Source: a bacterium (lineage in GTDB: Bacteria > Patescibacteriota > Minisyncoccia > Phycocordibacterales > CAIZLB01). Taken from it: a DNA stretch of 64,000 nt. The notes under the pieces are model-generated. The model had not been told where the DNA came from. It searched no databases and saw only the letters and a list, made by a program, of their open reading frames with translations. The stretch covers positions 16,936 to 80,935 of the forward strand of contig JBAXXP010000001.1 in NCBI GenBank assembly GCA_037127815.1, given 5' to 3'. Of the stretch, positions 28,984-38,164 are shown one piece after another. Both the position numbers and the translations under genes were made by a program. How positions within the stretch are numbered: the stretch's first letter is position 1; each line of letters begins with the position of its first letter.

Positions 28984-29283
28984 TCACCAGCCAAACGGGT
29001 TAGCGTATGGATTGTAGTATGGTTCCACGTAGTGTCCACGGTAGTAGCCACGGCGGCCATAGCCACCGTACGGAACAGTCGGACGGTTCATGGAATTGTT
29101 GAGGACAGCACCCCCTACCGCAGCAGCAGCAACACCCAATGCGGCCATTCCGACAGCATTGCCCATCTTGGCATTAGCTTCAGTTTGGCGAGCGCGCTGT
29201 TCGGGAGTACCACTTGGCATGGCGCAGTTTGTGAAAACAAGCGACACCATCGTAACGACAACAGTCAACAGTTTAGTTTTCAT
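28984..29283 (-). CDS. Small exported protein with a glycine-zipper segment and a Tyr/Gly/Arg/Pro-rich C-terminal tail
   Basis: Signal peptide MKTKLLTVVVTMVSLVFTNC, GMAALGVAAAAVGGAV glycine zipper, then PYGGYGRRGYYRGHYVEPYYNPYANPFGW. Confidence 0.5.
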   Translation of the reverse strand: MKTKLLTVVVTMVSLVFTNCAMPSGTPEQRARQTEANAKMGNAVGMAALGVAAAAVGGAVLNNSMNRPTVPYGGYGRRGYYRGHYVEPYYNPYANPFGW

Positions 29284-29346
29284 TTGTTCTGATTCTGGTT
29301 TTGGTTTTCTGACATCAGGAAAGGAGTATTCCTCCGGTCCTCACTA

Positions 29347-29374
29347 ATGCTATTCCTATCATATTTTTTGTCAA
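29347..29374 (-). promoter_or_regulatory. Sigma70-like promoter (minus strand: TTGACA-16nt-TAGCAT) for the 28984-29283 gene. A near-identical copy precedes the next paralog
   Basis: Minus-strand sequence CATTGACAAAAAATATGATAGGAATAGCATTAG. The same TTGACA-N16-TAGCATTA architecture and GAATAGCATTA block recur at 29872-29899. Confidence 0.5.
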
Positions 29375-29377
29375 TGA

Positions 29378-29791
29378 TCATCTATTGTTATGACCGTGTC
29401 CACCTTGGTGTTGATTGCCCCCAAAGTTTTGGTGCTGACCATATCCACCTCCTCTTCCTGGCGTGTTGTATACACCACGGTTGTAACTACCGTTGTAACC
29501 ACTATATCCATGATTACCGCCAACACTGTGACCGTAACCACTTGTATATCCACGATCTCCATAACTTGATCCGTAGTTATGGTTATCGTAACGATTATAG
29601 TATCCACCTCCGCGATAATAATTACGATATGGTTCGTACCCATAATACTGGGGACTTTCCACAATCACCTCCTCGACATACCCAGGTGTGTATGCTTGAC
29701 TGCTATAATCAATCATCGGCACACAACTCGTCAAAAGAAATGCTGGTGGAGCAAGGACAAGTAATGCTGTAAGAAACAATTTTGCATTCAT
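29378..29791 (-). CDS. Lipoprotein with a Gly/Tyr/Arg/Asn-rich low-complexity C-terminal region
   Basis: Lipobox LLTSC after the signal peptide MNAKLFLTALLVLAPPAFLLTSC. The tail is YYGYEPYRNYYRGGGYYNRYDNHNYGSSYGDRGYTSGYGHSVGGNHGYSGYNGSYNRG.... Confidence 0.5.
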   Translation of the reverse strand: MNAKLFLTALLVLAPPAFLLTSCVPMIDYSSQAYTPGYVEEVIVESPQYYGYEPYRNYYRGGGYYNRYDNHNYGSSYGDRGYTSGYGHSVGGNHGYSGYNGSYNRGVYNTPGRGGGYGQHQNFGGNQHQGGHGHNNR

Positions 29792-29871
29792 ATTCTTTGT
29801 GATTCTAGGGTTCTGTATTTTAGTTCAGGGTTCTGATGCAAGGAATCGATAACATCTTCACATCTGTCTTA

Positions 29872-29899
29872 ATGCTATTCTTCTCGTGATTTTTGTCAA
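29872..29899 (-). promoter_or_regulatory. Sigma70-like promoter (minus strand TTGACA-16nt-TAGCAT) for lipoprotein gene 29378-29791
   Basis: Minus-strand CATTGACAAAAATCACGAGAAGAATAGCATTAAG. Duplicate of the element at 29347-29374. Confidence 0.5.
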
Positions 29900-29961
29900 T
29901 GCAGAAAAATAATCACAAAAAAAAGAGCCCTATTGCTAGGACTCTTTTTATTGTTTCTTTG

Positions 29962-30033
29962 CGCGGCTGATGGGTGCTGACCCCACGGCCTCTCCCGTGA
30001 CAGGGGAGTGCTCTACCGTTGAGCTACAGCCGC
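29962..30033 (-). tRNA. tRNA-Asp (anticodon GUC). CCA not encoded. Unusual T-loop (GTCAGCA)
   Basis: GCGGCTGTAGCTCAACGGTAGAGCACTCCCCTGTCACGGGAGAGGCCGTGGGGTCAGCACCCATCAGCCGCG. The anticodon loop CTGTCAC matches E. coli tRNA-Asp, and the discriminator is G. Confidence 0.7.
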
Positions 30034-30632
30034 ATTTTCATGAATCCTTCGAAAATAAGCTTTTTTCTGTCCAGATAAAGCTTACTCGTCGTATTATACA
30101 TGATTTTATAAATTTTCAAAGAGTCTCGGGTACTATACTGTAATCTACTATAATTTCCACTTCTAAGGTTAAATAAACTTCCACCGTCCAAACCTAAAGA
30201 ATTAAGCATATTAAATAGATTATTTAAGAACATTTTACTAGCAGAAGTAAAGGCTACAAACATCACGGATGTTGGTTTTTTTCTTGTTTTATTAGTATGC
30301 CCTACCCAGATATTTCCATCCCCATCAAAATACCCTCTAATAAAATCTCCTTCATATTTTTTTGGAATGGTAGGAATATCCATTCTTAATGACTTATTTG
30401 GGGTAAGTCCAAGGAGTACAAGGTCATTAAACATTTCTTTGCTTCCAATTTGGACCCTATATACAGACCCCGTTTCTGATTTTATTTCAGATATTTTATG
30501 TGGTAATTTCATTACTTCAGCAATAGAAATAAGAAGTTCCCTGTCAGCCGTATAGAAAGAGATAAAATGAGTATTTCTTTTAGTTTTAATTATGTTACCA
30601 TCTGCAAATAAAAAACCTAAAATATAAGCCAT
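30024..30632 (-). CDS. Free-standing double-motif LAGLIDADG homing endonuclease
   Basis: 202 aa. Motif 1 LGFLFADGNI and motif 2 IRGYFDGDGNI are spaced about 100 aa apart, typical of monomeric two-domain LAGLIDADG enzymes. The 3' end overlaps the first ~10 nt of tRNA-Asp. Confidence 0.8.
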   Translation of the reverse strand: MAYILGFLFADGNIIKTKRNTHFISFYTADRELLISIAEVMKLPHKISEIKSETGSVYRVQIGSKEMFNDLVLLGLTPNKSLRMDIPTIPKKYEGDFIRGYFDGDGNIWVGHTNKTRKKPTSVMFVAFTSASKMFLNNLFNMLNSLGLDGGSLFNLRSGNYSRLQYSTRDSLKIYKIMYNTTSKLYLDRKKLIFEGFMKMRL

Positions 30633-30740
30633 GTTAGGCGACCATTTTTTGAAAAAGTTGTTGTTGTTAATTTTAAATACTGGAGTGGTATTATTATATA
30701 TTCGAAAAAATTAATGACAATTGCGAACATTAAAAAAGTG

Positions 30741-30814
30741 TGTCGACGGGAGGGATCGAACCTCCGACCTTGGGCTTATGAGTCCCACGCTCTAACCAAC
30801 TGAGCTACGTCGAC
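30741..30814 (-). tRNA. tRNA-Met (anticodon CAU), elongator-type or tRNA-Ile2-type (G1-C72 paired). CCA not encoded
   Basis: GTCGACGTAGCTCAGTTGGTTAGAGCGTGGGACTCATAAGCCCAAGGTCGGAGGTTCGATCCCTCCCGTCGACA. Anticodon loop CTCATAA. Confidence 0.75.
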
Positions 30815-30941
30815 GTACAGACACTATAATACAAAAACACCTAATTTTCAAGCTTTATAGAAGGCTCTATTTTATGCATTTTTTACGATTAATATCTACC
30901 CAGCAAAAAAGCCCCTATTAGGAGCTTTTTTTTTTAAATTG

Positions 30942-31012
30942 TTGCGGAGTCCGGAATTGCACCGGATCTACAAGGTTATGAGCCTCGCGTGCGACTGTAA
31001 CACTCCCCCGCA
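30942..31012 (-). tRNA. Atypical tRNA-like gene with a CAU anticodon loop. The D-loop lacks GG and the T-loop is TGCAATT
   Basis: TGCGGGGGAGTGTTACAGTCGCACGCGAGGCTCATAACCTTGTAGATCCGGTGCAATTCCGGACTCCGCAA folds into a cloverleaf with a 7-bp acceptor stem (U1-A72, one G.U) and anticodon loop CTCATAA. The D and T loops are non-canonical. Confidence 0.4.
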
Positions 31013-31120
31013 ATTTGTATCTATATCAAATATGAATACCTTCGTACTATATAACATATTGTAATAAAAGACAATCCTTTTCAGGTTTTAGTCTAAAATA
31101 CCAAATAGCAATAAGTCAGC

Positions 31121-31903
31121 CTAGATAAAATAGAATTCAGCAAAAACCTTTCTGTATAAATCTATTGTGTTTTGAGCTTGCTCATGTGACAACTCATATG
31201 AAGACCCTTCATGAGCAATGGTGTTTCTAACTTTATGAGCCCTCCATGCCAAATCAAGTGTATTAAAGTCTGAGGACTCAATTGCTTTTAATTTGTCTGC
31301 GATAGTGTCTCCATCGTAACCCATTTGATCAAGCATTTCATATAGCAAAATATCAGCTTCAAGAATTGCCATTCTCCAATCTGAAGAATTTGTAGATGCT
31401 ATGTGACCTAAAATATCTTCCCATTTTTTATTTTCTCCAGATGGATTAAGTACAGGCTTACCGGCAGACAAGTCTGTACCACCTTCAGACACACCTTCTC
31501 CAACACCCCCCTGCGATACACCACTCTGTGAACCCGCAGTACTTGAAATACTTGCGATATAACCTTTTGGTAAACTAGTTTTATACAAAGTAACAATTTC
31601 CTTTTGCTTATTTTTTAAATAAAAGGACGCAAGAAGGAAAAATAGAATTAAAAAAACAGAGAAAAATATCACCATATTAAATAGTGAATTGAATGAGTCC
31701 AGAGCCTGATTTATAAAACCAGTTGAGTCTGTAGTCAACTTTCCTTGTCCGTACCCCAAATTCTCTAAAACTCTTTTCCCGGTTGCAAGATAAATAAGAA
31801 CAATAAAAGCGACAACTGAAAATATCTTAATTTCCAATGCGAACATATGGTCTGAAGCCCCAGCACTTGCTGGTTTTTTTGCATCTGGTTTTTTATCTGC
31901 CAT
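31121..31903 (-). CDS. Two-TM membrane protein whose C-terminal alpha-helical domain carries an R-x4-H (HEPN-like, DUF4145-like) motif
   Basis: 260 aa. Lys-rich N-terminus, two transmembrane helices, a Ser/Gly-rich linker, then ...AWRAHKVRNTIAHEGSSYELSHEQAQNTIDLYRKV. The R-N-T-I-A-H segment fits the HEPN Rx4-6H motif. Family assignment is tentative. Confidence 0.4.
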   Translation of the reverse strand: MADKKPDAKKPASAGASDHMFALEIKIFSVVAFIVLIYLATGKRVLENLGYGQGKLTTDSTGFINQALDSFNSLFNMVIFFSVFLILFFLLASFYLKNKQKEIVTLYKTSLPKGYIASISSTAGSQSGVSQGGVGEGVSEGGTDLSAGKPVLNPSGENKKWEDILGHIASTNSSDWRMAILEADILLYEMLDQMGYDGDTIADKLKAIESSDFNTLDLAWRAHKVRNTIAHEGSSYELSHEQAQNTIDLYRKVFAEFYFI

Positions 31904-32024
31904 TGTATTGTAATTCTATCATACTAGATGAGCAAAGAGAAAGACTAATTAGAATATGTACAAATTTTCGATTAAATTCCCCACCAACATACAGTATTAC
32001 TGCCTAAAGTAGAATTAGTTTCCC

Positions 32025-33314
32025 TTACTGGGGGGTGCTGGTGCCGGTGTCAACACAGGTGTTAGTTACATAGTCAAAATATGTGGTCTCCGTTGCTCCA
32101 GCACAGTAAGGTTCAACAGACGTCTTTCTTTGATCAACCGAGGCTGCGCATGTACCATTGGCAGTATTTTCCGTTCCGTCTGTAAGGAACACCAGACCTT
32201 CAGGACAAACAGCCTCAGTAGTACAATCCGTATCCGCTGAATCCACATCATTATCCAAATCATTATCTATACCGTCATGACATGTTGTTAAAGTATTTTC
32301 AGGACGTGATAGAAAAGGGTGAGCACCCGAGTGCAAAAAACCGGCACAATCTGCATCATAATTATCACTAGCTCCATCACCATCATTATCGATATGATCG
32401 TTACAAAGATCTGCTGTATTCTCCTGTGGAGATGGAGAAGTAATGGTATTTACGATTGGAGCAAAGACAGTCTCATAGAAGCTTCCTCCTGAACCATTAG
32501 AAATAGCAGGGGCACCATTTGTAATACCAGCAACGGCATCAACGGAGTCGCTTATATTGGTAGATGCCTCTAAACCATCATGTCCTGCAGGGAAGGGTCT
32601 CTCAGAAACTTCAGATTCACCAGCTCCAACAGTATACTCCACAACACCATACGTGTACCCATTTTCGTTTTCGCCTCCATTATTCAAAACATCAATAGCC
32701 GCAGGACTCGTGTCCCCTAAAATAAAACCAGTTCTCTTGTTTATAATACCACTTGATTCTGACCCACCTCCACTTACTCCAACTTGAGCTGTCAAAATAG
32801 AGTAAGTTGCAAACGTTGTGTCAGTTTTAATTGCCTTATAACAAATCCCTGCTGCATCATCATCATATGGGTGAACGGGTACGGCTGGCATGTATTTTTT
32901 TGCTACCAATGCCGCCGCCGCATTATCAAAGTTTACACAAAGCTGTGTCGTACTATGTGTGGCTGATGCATCAGCCTTTTTAATAAAAAACGAAAGTTTG
33001 TTTGCCCAATTTGCTCTTTGTTCATTGTTGTGTCCAGCCGTTCTCTGCAAACCCAAAACCTTATTTTCCTTTTGATTATTCAGCGCAACGGTAGTTCCAT
33101 CTGTTGGCGGAAATGTATGTGTATCATTATAATAAAGATCTGCAGCTATTCTAAACTGCCTCAAGTCCTCTGTTATCTTTGTATCATTAGTTTTCATTCT
33201 TGTGCTAGCAAGATTATTTAGAACAATTGATGACATTAGTGCGATTATCGCAACAACAACGAGAAGCTCAATTAAAGTGAAAGCTCTTTCTCTATTAGTT
33301 TTAGTTTTCATCAT
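32025..33314 (-). CDS. Large type IV pilin-like protein (prepilin leader + ~400-aa C-terminal domain with Cys-bracketed Asp-rich Ca-binding-like repeats)
   Basis: MMKTKTNRERA|FTLIELLVVVAIIALMSSIVL prepilin N-terminus. The C-terminal region has the repeats CNDHIDNDGDGASDNYDADC and CHDGIDNDLDNDVDSADTDC. The start is taken at MMKTK, since the track ORF adds 18 unlikely residues. Confidence 0.6.
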   Translation of the reverse strand: MMKTKTNRERAFTLIELLVVVAIIALMSSIVLNNLASTRMKTNDTKITEDLRQFRIAADLYYNDTHTFPPTDGTTVALNNQKENKVLGLQRTAGHNNEQRANWANKLSFFIKKADASATHSTTQLCVNFDNAAAALVAKKYMPAVPVHPYDDDAAGICYKAIKTDTTFATYSILTAQVGVSGGGSESSGIINKRTGFILGDTSPAAIDVLNNGGENENGYTYGVVEYTVGAGESEVSERPFPAGHDGLEASTNISDSVDAVAGITNGAPAISNGSGGSFYETVFAPIVNTITSPSPQENTADLCNDHIDNDGDGASDNYDADCAGFLHSGAHPFLSRPENTLTTCHDGIDNDLDNDVDSADTDCTTEAVCPEGLVFLTDGTENTANGTCAASVDQRKTSVEPYCAGATETTYFDYVTNTCVDTGTSTPQ

Positions 33315-33379
33315 ACTTATATTATACAGCTTTATCGAAAAAAATCGACAACATAACGCCAAATACAATCAAACAATGA

Positions 33380-34885
33380 CTATCTCACCTCTTCAAACTT
33401 CTTTCCTATTGCAAACAAAACGTCTTCTCTACATGACGGTGCCATGAATTGAATACCAAGTGGTAATTTTATTTTTCCCCCATTATTTTCTATAGAATTT
33501 ACACTTGAAGAATCTTTCTCTTCTGCTTCTACATAACCCGATGGAACAGAAATAGCTGGGATTCCAATTAGGTTTGCAGTAACCGTAAATATATCTTCTA
33601 AATACATTTGAACTGGATCACTAGTATTTTGGCCAATTTTAAAAGCTGGACTTGGTGCTGTTGGTGTCAGGATGACATCAACTTCCTCAAATGCTTTTTT
33701 GAAATCTTGTGCAATCAAATCTCTGACAATATTGGCCTTGTTATAATACGCATCATGATATCCAGATGAAAGCACATAGGTTCCTAAAATTATTCTTCTT
33801 CTAACTTCCTTTCCCAATAATCCCCCTCTGGTATTTAGATAGTCACCAAGTAAATCATCGCCCTCAATTTTTGAACCGTATTTTACAGCATCAAATCTTG
33901 CCATGTTCGATGAAACCTCAGCTGGCATCAAAATATAATAAACAGCTAGTGAATATTTTATATGAGGAAGACTAACTTCTTTTATCTCAACCCCTGCTTT
34001 TTTAAGTTTTTCTATTGATTCATTTAAATTCTTAAGAACAGCTGGATCAATTCCACCCATATTCATAAGCTCAGGAACAATTCCTATTCTTAATTTATTC
34101 AAATCTATTCTTGATGTATTTGCGACTGTATTCTTCACCTCTTCATCTGAAAGTGAGGTTGCGTCATATCTATCCTGTCCTTTTATTACATTAAAAATTT
34201 GTTCCGTTTCTTCAACTGTTTTTGCGATTGGTCCGATTACGTCTAGTGACGACCCCATCGCCATTAGTCCATGACGAGAAACTCTTCCATATGTTGGCTT
34301 AAGTCCAACTACTCCGCAGTAACTTGCGGGTTGTCTAATTGATCCACCTGTATCTGATCCAAGTGAAACAAGTACGGCGTCCATTGCAACCGAAGCCGCT
34401 GATCCACCTGATGAGCCTCCGGCAACACGAGATAAATCATTTGGATTTTTTGTTACCCCATATGCGGAGTTCTCAGTTGAACCTCCCATGGCAAATTCAT
34501 CCATATTCACTCTTCCGATAAAAATAGCTCCGACTGCTTTTAGTTTTGTGATTACATTTGAATCATAGGCGCTAATATAATTTTCCAGGATTTTCGATGA
34601 AGCTCCCGCGTGCTTTCCTTCTGTTAAAATATTGTCCTTGATTGCAAAAGGAATTCCAAGCAGGGCTCTCGCTGAAAGGTCTCCTCCTCCCTTTCTTTCG
34701 TCATCAGCTTTTTTTGCTTGTTCAAGTGCGTCTGCAAAAACCTCTCTAAATGCATTTATATCTTTGTCTTTTAAATTTATTTGATCAAGATAAGCTTGCA
34801 CCAAATCAACACTGGTTAATGTGCCGTTTGCAAACATTTCTTTTACTGATGATATTGTGAGTGATTTTAGATCTATTGTAGTCAT
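33380..34885 (-). CDS. gatA: Asp-tRNA(Asn)/Glu-tRNA(Gln) amidotransferase subunit A
   Basis: 501 aa. Amidase signature GGSSGGSAASVA, catalytic Ser-cisSer-Lys region. Confidence 0.9.
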   Translation of the reverse strand: MTTIDLKSLTISSVKEMFANGTLTSVDLVQAYLDQINLKDKDINAFREVFADALEQAKKADDERKGGGDLSARALLGIPFAIKDNILTEGKHAGASSKILENYISAYDSNVITKLKAVGAIFIGRVNMDEFAMGGSTENSAYGVTKNPNDLSRVAGGSSGGSAASVAMDAVLVSLGSDTGGSIRQPASYCGVVGLKPTYGRVSRHGLMAMGSSLDVIGPIAKTVEETEQIFNVIKGQDRYDATSLSDEEVKNTVANTSRIDLNKLRIGIVPELMNMGGIDPAVLKNLNESIEKLKKAGVEIKEVSLPHIKYSLAVYYILMPAEVSSNMARFDAVKYGSKIEGDDLLGDYLNTRGGLLGKEVRRRIILGTYVLSSGYHDAYYNKANIVRDLIAQDFKKAFEEVDVILTPTAPSPAFKIGQNTSDPVQMYLEDIFTVTANLIGIPAISVPSGYVEAEEKDSSSVNSIENNGGKIKLPLGIQFMAPSCREDVLFAIGKKFEEVR

Positions 34886-34893
34886 ATTTTTTG

Positions 34894-34926
34894 TTGGGGT
34901 CAGGCACCATGGTGCCTGACCCCAAA
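34894..34926. repeat. Copy 3 of the palindromic repeat family (TTGGGGTCAGGCACCATGGTGCCTGACCCCAAA), intercistronic between gatC and gatA
   Basis: Perfect palindrome with a CATG centre. It occupies essentially the whole 44-nt gatC-gatA spacer. Confidence 0.8.
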
Positions 34927-34929
34927 TCG

Positions 34930-35238
34930 TTAGCCGAGAATTTTCTTAACCTCCACCAATCCATCTTGATGCTTTGGAGCAGCCTCTACCAGCTTTTGTG
35001 GAACTGGATTAAGCAATTGATCAGCAACATCATCTCTCATTACATTTCTATGAGAAAGATCCGATGGGTTTTTAATTGAAGCGCTTGTAGTATCAGCACC
35101 TTCTGTCACCTCTTGTATTTGATCTACATACTTCAGAATATGGCTTATCTCCGTAGCGTATTGCTCAGCCTCTTCATTTGCAACCTTAATACGTGCAAGG
35201 CTAGCCAATTTTTGTATATCTTCTGATGTGATTGTCAT
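34930..35238 (-). CDS. gatC: Asp-tRNA(Asn)/Glu-tRNA(Gln) amidotransferase subunit C
   Basis: 102 aa. A GatC-like helical N-terminus (LASLARIKVANEEAEQY..ISHILKYVDQI) sits directly upstream of gatA. Confidence 0.7.
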   Translation of the reverse strand: MTITSEDIQKLASLARIKVANEEAEQYATEISHILKYVDQIQEVTEGADTTSASIKNPSDLSHRNVMRDDVADQLLNPVPQKLVEAAPKHQDGLVEVKKILG

Positions 35239-35343
35239 GTTTGTTATAGTAGCATTATTGGGACGATTTTCAAATGTCGAGGTCTGGTGAGACTTAGGCC
35301 TATCTTCATAAAATGTAGTACATTTTATTAAAATTAAACTCTA

Positions 35344-35601
35344 CTAATAAAGTTCGCTATGCGAACCAATTTCGACTAGAATAACCACATCTTTCTGACT
35401 TTTATCAAAAATAACTCTAACATCCCCTGTTACATTCAAACTCCATAAATCCTTTAACTTACCAGATAGTCTATGAATATTTAGAGACCTATCACCTGAG
35501 TCTTTTATAAAAATTCCTATTCTAGCCCTGAACTCATTTTTAATTCTTTGGTCCTGTTTTTTAAATTGCTTATCAAATTTATTGGTAGTGGTTATTATCA
35601 T
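35344..35601 (-). CDS. Type II toxin-antitoxin toxin, RelE/ParE superfamily (YafQ-like mRNA interferase)
   Basis: 85 aa. KFDKQFKK...IKNEFRARIGIFIKD...SLNIHRLSGKLKDLWSLNVTGDVRVIF matches the YafQ/RelE pattern, including the conserved catalytic-region His/Arg. Confidence 0.6.
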   Translation of the reverse strand: MIITTTNKFDKQFKKQDQRIKNEFRARIGIFIKDSGDRSLNIHRLSGKLKDLWSLNVTGDVRVIFDKSQKDVVILVEIGSHSELY

Positions 35602-35629
35602 TAGTAAGGTTCATTATGACGACTAGAGA

Positions 35630-35896
35630 TTAAGAATTAAGATGCTTCATTAAATCATTGGTATTATCAAATGGGCCCGAGGTTTTACCTTCTTTATATT
35701 CTTTCCTTGCTTCAACAATTAAAGACTCTAAACGTGGTGTTATGGTTGTTGATGTAGAAAATTCAAGCTGACCAGTTCTTGCAAATTGCTTTAGTGTTGC
35801 GTTCACTATTGAACTCAAAGACAGCCCTAGATCAAAGGCTCTTTGCTGGGCTTGTACCTTTACATCATTATCTATCTTTAGATTGACCTGTGTTTT
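35630..35896 (-). CDS. Type II antitoxin, RelB/DinJ family (ribbon-helix-helix)
   Basis: MKTQVNLKIDNDVKVQAQQRAFDLGLSLSSIVNATLKQFA resembles the DinJ N-terminus (RIDEDLKNQA..VLAGMGLTISDLVRITL). It lies immediately upstream of the toxin. The start is taken at the internal Met of the track ORF. Confidence 0.6.
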   Translation of the reverse strand, partial: KTQVNLKIDNDVKVQAQQRAFDLGLSLSSIVNATLKQFARTGQLEFSTSTTITPRLESLIVEARKEYKEGKTSGPFDNTNDLMKHLNS

Positions 35897-35943
35897 CATA
35901 TACCATAAGTATATACTTATGGTAGCGTGAGTCAAGTCAACTA

Positions 35944-38091
<2,148 letters not shown>

Positions 38092-38164
38092 TTAACACAA
38101 TTTAAGCACGGGGTCAGTCACGACGGCACTCAAACACCCAATAGTCATACATAGTCCTAAATCA

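Noticed and set aside
38100-38130. Possible sixth copy of the palindromic repeat (CACGGGGTCAGTCACGACGGCAC) between ligA and the minor pilin gene
   Set aside because: It shares only the GGGGTCAG core and is not palindromic. Kept as a mention inside the repeat-family finding, not as a feature.
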